Shown in pieces: positions 9,986-18,323 of a stretch of 64,000 nt of DNA. The stretch comes from Candidatus Poribacteria bacterium (GTDB taxonomy: Bacteria; Poribacteria; WGA-4E; WGA-3G): the NCBI GenBank assembly GCA_964291315.2, contig OZ219753.1, positions 2,144,001 to 2,208,000 of the forward strand, in the 5' to 3' direction. Position numbers and translations under genes: made by a program. Every line of letters starts with the position of its first letter. Positions within the stretch are counted from its first letter, which is position 1. Below the pieces are notes generated by a model. The model did no database searches and was not told where the DNA came from. It saw only the letters and a program-made list of their open reading frames with translations.

Positions 9986-11866
9986 TCACGGGTTTACTGG
10001 CTTCACACACCGAAAACCGAAGACATTGGAACCACCCCAAGTCGTATATCTATAGCGACTCGTGACCGACAAGTATGTTTCTGAATTGTACCAGTCGCCG
10101 CCGCGAATGACGCGCTCTTGGGGCTGTTCATACTTATTCAAGGACGAGTAAGTACCTAGATCCGCCTTATAGTTATCTAACAAGTCTTGGATGCTGGTTG
10201 CAATCGACAACGACACCGGATTGTGGGTCGGAGATTTTGCGTAGTAGTCAGCATCATACGTATCGAGACACCACTCCGCTGCATTCCCGATCATATCATA
10301 GAGACCGTACCCGTTCGGCGGATAACTACCGACTGGCGTCGAACGGCCGAGGCCGCGGTTATTATAGTTCGCCTTGGTTTTATCTATGGTGTCTCCCCAC
10401 GGATATCGCTTGCCTGCTAAGCCGCCGCGTGCAGCATACTCCCACTCTGCTTCGGTTGGCAGTCGCTTTCCTGCCCACCTAGCATATGCCATCGCACCCC
10501 GCCATCTTACATAAATGACAGGATGATTCTCATAGCCTGCCCGTGGGCGATACACACCGTCTACTAAGATAATATTTGTAGAAGCTGTACCGATACTCAC
10601 CCAGCGCCACCAGATATTTTCATGTTTGCCCATTGCGTTGAGAAATGCTGCGTATTCTGCGTTTGTCACTTCGTGTGTATCCATATAAAAGGCATCTAAG
10701 GACACAGCGTGAACAGGGCTTTCGTCCGCATCGCCGGTAGTGCTGCCCATTTGGAAGGTGCCAGCGGGGATCAACACCATGCCCGCAGGAGCTGACGGGT
10801 TTACCGGAGGCACTGGCGTTTCAGGCGGTACTGGAGTGACATCGTCATTCCCGTTATCATCATTCCTGTCATCTATAGGAGAGACCGGCACCCAATCAGC
10901 AGTCACCGTCACGTCAGAACCGCTCTCATACACCATAAAACCATCCGAACGCTCTAACTTCGACACCGAACGATCCGAGTAACTCAGACCCGACTGCTCT
11001 ACTGTCGCAGCGACCTGATCCGAGACCAGCCGAAACGAACGACGCGGATGCAACCAGAACCCAAACGTCTCCGAACTCGCCTCCGGTTTTAACGCTCCCG
11101 CAGCATTGGCAATCCGAAAATAGATCTCGTTATCCGCCCAGGCATGAAATACGCGCCCCTTCCCTGAACGAATGCGATACGTGCCGCGCGTCCGAAACCC
11201 CTCCGGATACCCCTTTTTCAGGTTCTCCAACTTCCACGTCGCGTAGACTACATATAGATCGGCTTCCGTGGCATTTGTTATCACGCTCGCTACCCACGCA
11301 GGCGGCGCAACATCTTCACCAGGCCGACCACCATCGTCTCCGAGTTCGTCATTCGGCGGAGCAGTCGGCTGCCCATCTAGCGACACCCACTCCCGAGTGA
11401 CAACCACTTCGGAGCCACCCGTATAGCTGACAAATCCCTCCAATTGAACCAACTGATCCGGCGAACGATCAGAGTAGAGCAGCTGATCCGTCGTCACAGA
11501 GGCATCGAACGTCTGTGAGACAACGCGGAAGGAGCGACCCGGATGAGACCAGAACGCAAAATCCGTCGTGCCGCTGTTCGCTTTTATCGCATGCTCTGCG
11601 TTTGAAATACGGAAATAGATGCTGTTGGTGTCCCAGGAATGGAAAATCCTGGACTTCCCGGGAGCAAGCCGGTAAGAGCCGCGCGTCCAGAACCCTGCAG
11701 GGATACCTTTGTTATCATCTGCTGCCTGCCAGGTGCTCTTGATCACATAGATCTCTTCAAGCGTGTTATTGGTTACCATGTTCTCTTGCCATTCTGCCGC
11801 TGCGAACGGAACGCTCACAAATATGAGTGCGACGAGCGTTGTCAGAGCCAATATTGTTTTTCGCAT
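9986..11866 (-). CDS. Secreted FGE/SUMF1 (C-type lectin fold) domain protein with two tandem N-terminal repeats of unknown function
   Basis: Signal peptide; two ~140-aa homologous domains; Pro/Asp-rich linker; MVLIPAGTFQMGS, HEVTNAEY, RLPTEAEWEYAARGG, NGYGLYDMIGNAAEW, RVIRGG.W, GFRC. Confidence 0.9.
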   Translation of the reverse strand: MRKTILALTTLVALIFVSVPFAAAEWQENMVTNNTLEEIYVIKSTWQAADDNKGIPAGFWTRGSYRLAPGKSRIFHSWDTNSIYFRISNAEHAIKANSGTTDFAFWSHPGRSFRVVSQTFDASVTTDQLLYSDRSPDQLVQLEGFVSYTGGSEVVVTREWVSLDGQPTAPPNDELGDDGGRPGEDVAPPAWVASVITNATEADLYVVYATWKLENLKKGYPEGFRTRGTYRIRSGKGRVFHAWADNEIYFRIANAAGALKPEASSETFGFWLHPRRSFRLVSDQVAATVEQSGLSYSDRSVSKLERSDGFMVYESGSDVTVTADWVPVSPIDDRNDDNGNDDVTPVPPETPVPPVNPSAPAGMVLIPAGTFQMGSTTGDADESPVHAVSLDAFYMDTHEVTNAEYAAFLNAMGKHENIWWRWVSIGTASTNIILVDGVYRPRAGYENHPVIYVRWRGAMAYARWAGKRLPTEAEWEYAARGGLAGKRYPWGDTIDKTKANYNNRGLGRSTPVGSYPPNGYGLYDMIGNAAEWCLDTYDADYYAKSPTHNPVSLSIATSIQDLLDNYKADLGTYSSLNKYEQPQERVIRGGDWYNSETYLSVTSRYRYTTWGGSNVFGFRCVKPVNP

Positions 11867-11905
11867 GTTGTCTCTCCTTTTATCTGTGAAGATACACAGA
11901 TGTAT
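11498..11905. repeat. Left arm of ~410-bp inverted repeat (partner 20553-20964)
   Basis: Reverse complement matches 20553-20964: shared 5'UTR atacatctgtgtatcttcacagataaaaggagagacaacATG and the first ~120 codons, near-identical. Confidence 0.9.
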
Positions 11906-12062
11906 GTTTCTTTTTATACTCGGTTTTACTTACGCTATTGTCAACATTAGATCGGTTGCGTAGAAAGATCTCGCCTCAAGGGCTTCGGAAACGGACACCA
12001 CTTGCAGCGGCAATCTGTACGTTCATAAGGTTGGCGAATTGTAATATTTCAAAACTAGTGTA

Positions 12063-12147
12063 CATAATATCACAAATGCACTTAATTGTCAAATTTGTAC
12101 CGTCATAATATCACAAATGCACTTAATTGTCAAATTCGTACCGTCAT
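12063..12147 (-). repeat. 41-bp tandem duplication, each unit holding a sigma70 promoter facing the FGE gene
   Basis: cataatatcacaaatgcacttaattgtcaaatt(t/c)gtaccgt x2; the minus strand reads TTGACA-17 bp-TATTAT in each unit. Confidence 0.8.
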
Positions 12148-12265
12148 TTAGTTTTTGAGTAATTTCCATCTAGGTGCCCGAATGTAAGCAGAACATAGAC
12201 GAAATCCGTTCCTTGTATTACATTCTCGCTGCTAAAGAAATGGTGCCCGTAATTACCGTTTTCCC

Positions 12266-12294
12266 TTTACATTTTTTGCAAAGTGGAGTATACT
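12266..12294 (+). promoter_or_regulatory. Sigma70-type promoter for the Rieske gene
   Basis: TTTACA-17 bp-TATACT. Confidence 0.5.
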
Positions 12295-12444
12295 ATTTGT
12301 ATCATCTAAATTTTTGTTAAGGCAAGCAGTCGCGGACATTTAAGTGCTACTTTTTATTTCTGCTGAAGCATCATAGAAGTAGTCAGCCAAAGTATGTTAG
12401 ACCAAAGATAGGGTGCGAAAAAAACGTCAATTAGGAGACTCATT

Positions 12445-14289
12445 GTGCATACACCAACTTCTCCGCTTGAGGAAACGGGTGTCGGTTCTGTTTATGTTGA
12501 AGAACTACCCCCGATAGAAATAGATGATACCGAGCTTGTTTATCATCGACTTTGCCCCGCTAAGGATTTCGAGGAACTCGAAGGCAAACCGTTTCACGTT
12601 AACGGTACACACCTGGCTGTTTTCAAGTCCAATGACAAATTTTACGCTGTTGATAACCGTTGTCCACACATGGGGTATCCTATGTCCAAAGGGAGTATCC
12701 GCGATGGGGTGCTTATTTGCCATTGGCATCACTGGGAATTTGACCTCAAGTCGGGTGCATGTTTTCTAGCGTCTGGCGATGATCTGAAAGCGTTCCCTGT
12801 GGAATTGCGAGACGATGGCTATTTGTACGTTGGATTAGCAAAGGGTGAACGCGAAGCAGCAAAACGGAGGGTTATTGACCGCGGCAAGCGCGCGCTTGAA
12901 CGTGGGCTCAAAGACCGGAGCACCTTCTTTATCGCCAAGGCCGTTACTGCGCTTCGTGATGCGGGTGCAAAGCCGGACGAGATTATTCAACAAGGACTCC
13001 ACTACGGAGCCCATAAAAGCAGCGAGGGGTGGTCTTCTGGCGTTGCTATCCTCACGCTTGCAGCCAACCTTTGGGAAGATGTTGATCCAGAGGATCATAA
13101 CCTCTTTCTCGTACACGGGTTAAGCCAGATTAGTCGTAGGACCACGGGAAGCGCGCGTCCGTATCGTGCCCCCTTTCCGCGGCTCAGCGAGGCACACGAT
13201 CTAGAAACCCTGAAGCGATGGTTCCGTTATTTTATAGATAAACGTCATGCCGGCGCAGCAGAACGCATCTTGCTAACGCTTAACGACCGAGGCTACGATA
13301 AATCTGTCCTGGCAGACTTTGTCTTTACAGCTGCAACGGACTACTACTTCACTGGTGATGGACACGCCCTCGATTTTGGGAACAAAATGTTTGAGGCGTT
13401 GGATTACGTCAATTGGAAAGGCTCACACGAGATTTTGCGCCCGATAGTGGTCGATCTAGTCAGTAGAACACGACATGAAGAGACCTCTCGATGGGCTGAC
13501 GCTGTACCCGTCTTAGAACCACTCTTTGAGAGACTTGATAGTATGTGGCAAGACAATCAAGCCAACGAAGCAGAGCTCGATATTCCAGCGTTCACACAGA
13601 CCCTGCTTGGTGATGAGTTTGAACCGACTGTTGCTGTAGTTGAACGGAAGATTCGCGCCGGTGTCGACCCGATCGATATCTGTCGCGCGATGACTTACGC
13701 CTCAGCGATTCGAACTGCCCGGTTCCACCTCAAAAACGAGGGAGACTGGCACGATGTCGCCAACATTTATTCTTACGCCCATGCACTTTATCATGCTTTC
13801 CACTATGCCCCGAGCGCTAACCTGTTGCGTGGGATTTTCCACGGGGTTGTTTTCTTGGCATATTTGCGCTGGTTGAACATGCCAGCTGCTCGTATTCCGA
13901 GACCCGGACAACGGATACCTGATGAAAACTACGATTCTCCTGACAAAATGTTAGACCGCTTGCAAGAGTTCGCCGACTTCCAGAAGGTCTATGAGGCGGA
14001 AATTCTTGTGAATCAGTACCTCGAAGAGCGGCATGACATCCGCGCCTTGAAACGAACGCTTGCGCACATCCTGCTGCGTGAAGATGCCGAGCTCCACATG
14101 TTTCAGGTCCTCGAAGTCGCCTTCCGGCATTACGACCTGTCAGACGATGTTGAAGAACAACGGATGCATTTGTTGGCAGCGACACGTTATATCACGGCGC
14201 AGAAGCTGATGAAGAACATTTTGTGGTCTACCGAGAACGCGGAACGGCTCGCGCGAGGCGAGTTGCTTAGCGAACGCGACGACGATTAG
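12445..14289 (+). CDS. Rieske [2Fe-2S] (NirD-like) domain fused to a large helical His-rich domain
   Basis: CPHMGYPM and CHWHHWEF Rieske ligand boxes; C-terminal ~470-aa helical region with GHALDF, WHDVAN and ELHMFQ His motifs. Confidence 0.8.
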   Translation: MHTPTSPLEETGVGSVYVEELPPIEIDDTELVYHRLCPAKDFEELEGKPFHVNGTHLAVFKSNDKFYAVDNRCPHMGYPMSKGSIRDGVLICHWHHWEFDLKSGACFLASGDDLKAFPVELRDDGYLYVGLAKGEREAAKRRVIDRGKRALERGLKDRSTFFIAKAVTALRDAGAKPDEIIQQGLHYGAHKSSEGWSSGVAILTLAANLWEDVDPEDHNLFLVHGLSQISRRTTGSARPYRAPFPRLSEAHDLETLKRWFRYFIDKRHAGAAERILLTLNDRGYDKSVLADFVFTAATDYYFTGDGHALDFGNKMFEALDYVNWKGSHEILRPIVVDLVSRTRHEETSRWADAVPVLEPLFERLDSMWQDNQANEAELDIPAFTQTLLGDEFEPTVAVVERKIRAGVDPIDICRAMTYASAIRTARFHLKNEGDWHDVANIYSYAHALYHAFHYAPSANLLRGIFHGVVFLAYLRWLNMPAARIPRPGQRIPDENYDSPDKMLDRLQEFADFQKVYEAEILVNQYLEERHDIRALKRTLAHILLREDAELHMFQVLEVAFRHYDLSDDVEEQRMHLLAATRYITAQKLMKNILWSTENAERLARGELLSERDDD

Positions 14290-14448
14290 TACTTATCAAT
14301 ATCAAAAGGGATCACGGTTCCCCAACTTCTTGAGCTGGGGGCCAGGCGAGCAACGGTATCTCGCAGCAACGTCGGGCCGTGGCTTGTAGGAATGTGATGT
14401 CTTACAGGTCACAGGCCTGGCAATGTTATTCTAAGCAAGGAGTTTGAA

Positions 14449-14934
14449 ATGAAGCTGGGCGTTATGTCCGATAGTCACGACAATATTCTAAACGTTAGGC
14501 GCACCGTTACACTTTTCAACGAGCAGGGCGTGGATCTCGTCGTCCATGCCGGAGATTTTATAGCACCGTTTGCCATTGACCCATTAGCGGGTTTGAACTG
14601 CCGCGTTGTGGGTGTTTTTGGAAATAACGATGGCGAACGGGTAATTGTCGCAAAACGGTTTGAGACCATCGGCGGCGAGGTGCACCCTAACCTTGCGGAC
14701 ATCTCCCTCGGTGACAAAAAGATTGCCGTGATGCATTATCCTGAGCTCGCCATACCGATCGCCAAAAGTGGTGATTACGATATCGTCGTCTACGGTCATA
14801 CCCACCAGATAGATATCCAGAAAGATAGATCTCTCTTACTCAATCCAGGGGAGACGGGAGGCTGGACGACAGAAAAGGCAACAGTTGCTGTTGTGGATAT
14901 CGTGACCCTTGAGGTAACAATCCACGAATTGTAG
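14449..14934 (+). CDS. YfcE/MJ0936-family metallophosphoesterase
   Basis: SDSHDN, HAGD, GNND, GHTH, NPGE motifs. Confidence 0.92.
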   Translation: MKLGVMSDSHDNILNVRRTVTLFNEQGVDLVVHAGDFIAPFAIDPLAGLNCRVVGVFGNNDGERVIVAKRFETIGGEVHPNLADISLGDKKIAVMHYPELAIPIAKSGDYDIVVYGHTHQIDIQKDRSLLLNPGETGGWTTEKATVAVVDIVTLEVTIHEL

Positions 14935-15044
14935 AGATAGGCGTGAGACTGATTGCTGGCCTCCGATTTATTGGGTATACCCGAGATCGCGCAGCCTGCC
15001 TTCTAAAACTTCTGTCTCCTCAGCTTAATAATTGAGAGGTGTTA

Positions 15045-15923
15045 ATGCCAAACATACCCGTTGAAACTGTTGATACTATAACTGACTTTGAGACGCTCTT
15101 AGCGTTCTTTCGTGACACTCTCGACTGGCCGATCCCCGAAGACGTGACGCTCGGCGAGATAGCTTTCCCGTGGTCGTCAGCAGAGCTGGATCTTGATGAA
15201 ACGGCTGAGGCACGAGTCGCTGACTGTCTGCAGCTGCCGCCGTTCGCGCGCGAGGCGTTGGGATTTTCTCCCGAGGTCGGCTCGCAGCCGTGGGGCATCT
15301 TCTTTGTTGAATTCAGCAGTGAGCGGGTGTATCGCACGGGGTTGCGGCGGGTTCTGCGAGGTCTGGTTGAAAGGCGCGCCCGAGACGCACGGCTGCCTGC
15401 GTGGGAGCTGGATCATCTGCTGTTCATCTGCACGACTGCTGATTTTCATCGGTTTGCGTTTGCCCACTTTGCAGGTGCGGGTGCGTCTTGGCAGGATGCG
15501 GTGCTGTCTATATTCTCGTGGGATCGTGGGGATACGCACCTTCGGACGCTGTGTGAATACAACCTGCCGGCCCTTATTTTTCCGCGTGGCGGTTTTTCCT
15601 CTCCGCAAGCATGGATTGCTAAATGGCAGCGTGCGTTTGATGTGGCGGTTGTGACGGATCAGTTTTTCCGTGAGTATAAGAGCGTCTTCGCGTCAGTGGA
15701 GGCCTCGCTGTCAGGGATTCCAGCGAGCGAAGTGGAGGCTCGTCGTCTGTATACGCAGCGTCTGTTGAATCGTTTGATGTTTCTGCGTTTTCTTGAGAGA
15801 AAAGGTTGGTTGCGGTATGCGGGTCGTCGGGACTACTTTCGTGCGTTGTATGAGGCGGCGGTGGGGATAGGATCGCCCTCTGGGAGTGCGGAATCTATAA
15901 GAAGCGGGGGGGGTAATCTCTGA
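15045..15923 (+). CDS. N-terminal part of a type IIG-like (Eco57I/TaqI-like) restriction-modification protein, truncated by a frameshift
   Basis: AFDVAVVTDQFFREY and QRLLNRLMFLRFLERKGWL are typical of the helical region before the MTase in type IIG enzymes; the ORF ends just after a G8 tract. Confidence 0.8.
   Translation: MPNIPVETVDTITDFETLLAFFRDTLDWPIPEDVTLGEIAFPWSSAELDLDETAEARVADCLQLPPFAREALGFSPEVGSQPWGIFFVEFSSERVYRTGLRRVLRGLVERRARDARLPAWELDHLLFICTTADFHRFAFAHFAGAGASWQDAVLSIFSWDRGDTHLRTLCEYNLPALIFPRGGFSSPQAWIAKWQRAFDVAVVTDQFFREYKSVFASVEASLSGIPASEVEARRLYTQRLLNRLMFLRFLERKGWLRYAGRRDYFRALYEAAVGIGSPSGSAESIRSGGGNL
15906..15913 (+). repeat. G8 homopolymer at the frameshift between the two halves of the RM gene
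   Basis: The two reading frames are both open only over 15901-15920, which contains the tract; G7 fuses them. Confidence 0.8.
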
Positions 15924-15951
15924 TAAGCACAAGGAGCCTCGGACAGAGAGC

Positions 15952-18252
15952 TTGCTCAACGACCGGCTCTATTACGTCTTCTTCCGCGGTCTCGGAACCC
16001 CCGCTGACGTGTCCGATGCCGAAGCCGCCTTGGCTCGCAGTCGGCGCGGCGATGTGCCGTTCCTCAACGGCGGCCTCTTCGAGATGCAGCCGTATGATGA
16101 ACGACACGCCGTGGATATTCCAAACGACACCTTTGCTGACATCCTCAACCTCTTTGAACGTTATAACTTCACGATCACCGAATCCACGCCGCTAGACATA
16201 GAGGTTGCAGTGGATCCCGAGATGCTCGGTAAGGTGTTTGAGGAACTGGTCACGGGCCGGCACGCCAGTGGGAGCTACTACACGCCGCGTGCGGTTGTCT
16301 CTTTCATGTGTCGGGAGAGCCTGAAGCTCTGCCTCCAGACGCAGACAGCAGAGACCGCGGCATGCCTGACACAGTTCGTAGACGGTGGCGATGCCGCGGG
16401 GATCCGCGATTCAGAGGGCGTGTTAGCGGTGCTGCAGAACTTACGGGTGTGTGATCCTGCGTGTGGGAGCGGTGCGTATCTACTCGGGATGATGGGCGAA
16501 CTGCTTCGCCTACGCGATGCTCTGTTCCAAAGCGATCAGACCGATACTCGTACGGTGTATGAACGCAAGCTGGAGATTATCCGGAAGAACCTTTACGGTG
16601 TAGACAGAGACGGCTTCGCAGTCAACATCGCGATGCTGCGCCTCTGGCTCAGTCTCACAGTGGATTACGAAGGTGACGTGCCACAGCCGCTGCCGAACTT
16701 GGACTATAAGGTTGCAACGGGAGACAGCTTGACCGGGGCAGCCCCGGAACAGATGACGTTTGAAAGGCCGTTGATCCAAGCGATACAGGAGAAACAAGCG
16801 GACTATTTCATCACACACGGGGACGCAAAGAAAGAGGCACTCCGAGCGGAGATCGCCGCACTCCGAGCGGATCTTCAAGGCTGGCAAGCGAGTGCTGATG
16901 AGTTTGTCTGGCAGGTTGAGTTTCCGGAGGTCTTCCAAGCGGGCGGTTTTGATGTCGTGATCGGCAACCCACCTTATGTGCGACAAGAACTTATCAAAGC
17001 GATGAAGCCGACTTACAAACGGCTATTCCCAGAGGTGTATGTCGGCACCGCAGACCTCTACGTCTATTTTTACAAGCGCGGCACGGAGCTGCTGCGGAGG
17101 CACGGCATCTTGGCGTATATCTCCTCAAACAAGTTTTTGCGGGCAGCGTATGGCAGAAAACTGCGCGCATTTTTCTGCGATGCCCAACGCATTCAGCGGC
17201 TGCTTGACTTTGGGAGCGTCTCTGTCTTCAAGGCGAGTGTGGATACCTGTATCCTGATCCTTGAAAATGCTACATCAGACGGAGCGCCTGTTTCGGTGGC
17301 GACGTTTCGGGAGGCGTCCGATGTGCTGCGGCTGTCTGTGGCGTTTCGGGAGCGGGCGTTTCGGCTGCAGCCGCGTGATTTATCAGCGGAGGGCTGGACG
17401 TTGGCATCGCCCGAGACACTGCAGCTCCTGCGGAAACTCGAAACCACCGGCACACCCCTCGGCGAATATGTCAAGGAAGGTTTTTATATGGGAGTGAAGA
17501 CAGGATATAACAAGGCATTTATCATCGATGCGGCTGTGCGGCAGCGGCTGATCTCCGAGGATCCGAAGAGCAATGAGCTCATAAAGCCTTTGCTCAGAGG
17601 GCGAGACCTTAGAAAGTGGCGGACGGATAGCACAGGGCAATATCTGATTTTCACACGGCAAGGGGTTGAGATTGACCGATACACGGCTGTCAAGAAACAT
17701 CTGAGCCAATATAGAAGAAACTTGGAGCCGAAAAAAAGTAGAGCCGAAAAATATGGGAGGAAAATGGGCAGTTATAAGTGGTATGAGATCCAAGACGTTG
17801 TCGCATACTATGCAGAGTTTGAAAAACCGAAGATTTTGTACCCAGAGATTTCAAAGGAGCTTTACGCGGGTTATGATACGAGTGGTGCATTTGGTTTAAA
17901 GACAACTTACTCTATTCCAACCAACGATCTCTCTTTGCTCGCTATATTAAATAGCAGACTTTTTGATTGGTATGCAAGGCACAGTTTCGGGAGTTTGGGT
18001 GACACTTGGGAAGGTGGAGGACTTTTCTTTTTTCGCCAATATATGGAGCAGGTTCCTATAGTAGATCGGACTGATGCGCAGAAAGCGGAGCTGTCGCGGC
18101 TTGTCGAGCAGATATTGGCAGACCCAGAGGGCGACGGTGTGCGCGACATCGAGCGGGAGATAGATGAGCGGGTGTATCGGGTGTATGAGCTAACGGATGC
18201 GGAGATCGCGTTGATTGAGCAGACGTATCGTGAGGCGGGGATGGCGCGGTGA
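15952..18252 (+). CDS. C-terminal part of type IIG-like RM protein: N6-adenine DNA methyltransferase plus TaqI-like target recognition domain
   Basis: VPFLNGGLF, DPEMLGKVFE, GSYYTPR, DPACGSGAY (motif I), GFDVVIGNPPYVRQE (motif IV), ADLYVYF, KPLLRGRD, LLAILNS. Confidence 0.92.
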   Translation: MLNDRLYYVFFRGLGTPADVSDAEAALARSRRGDVPFLNGGLFEMQPYDERHAVDIPNDTFADILNLFERYNFTITESTPLDIEVAVDPEMLGKVFEELVTGRHASGSYYTPRAVVSFMCRESLKLCLQTQTAETAACLTQFVDGGDAAGIRDSEGVLAVLQNLRVCDPACGSGAYLLGMMGELLRLRDALFQSDQTDTRTVYERKLEIIRKNLYGVDRDGFAVNIAMLRLWLSLTVDYEGDVPQPLPNLDYKVATGDSLTGAAPEQMTFERPLIQAIQEKQADYFITHGDAKKEALRAEIAALRADLQGWQASADEFVWQVEFPEVFQAGGFDVVIGNPPYVRQELIKAMKPTYKRLFPEVYVGTADLYVYFYKRGTELLRRHGILAYISSNKFLRAAYGRKLRAFFCDAQRIQRLLDFGSVSVFKASVDTCILILENATSDGAPVSVATFREASDVLRLSVAFRERAFRLQPRDLSAEGWTLASPETLQLLRKLETTGTPLGEYVKEGFYMGVKTGYNKAFIIDAAVRQRLISEDPKSNELIKPLLRGRDLRKWRTDSTGQYLIFTRQGVEIDRYTAVKKHLSQYRRNLEPKKSRAEKYGRKMGSYKWYEIQDVVAYYAEFEKPKILYPEISKELYAGYDTSGAFGLKTTYSIPTNDLSLLAILNSRLFDWYARHSFGSLGDTWEGGGLFFFRQYMEQVPIVDRTDAQKAELSRLVEQILADPEGDGVRDIEREIDERVYRVYELTDAEIALIEQTYREAGMAR

Positions 18253-18323
18253 AAAAGAGGGCGGCATTCGGAGGTACCTCCTACAGCGGAAAAACAGACA
18301 TTCCACAAGGTATGTAGTCTTAT

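Noticed and set aside
12063-12147. CRISPR repeat
   Set aside because: Two abutting 41-bp copies with no spacer; explained as a promoter duplication.
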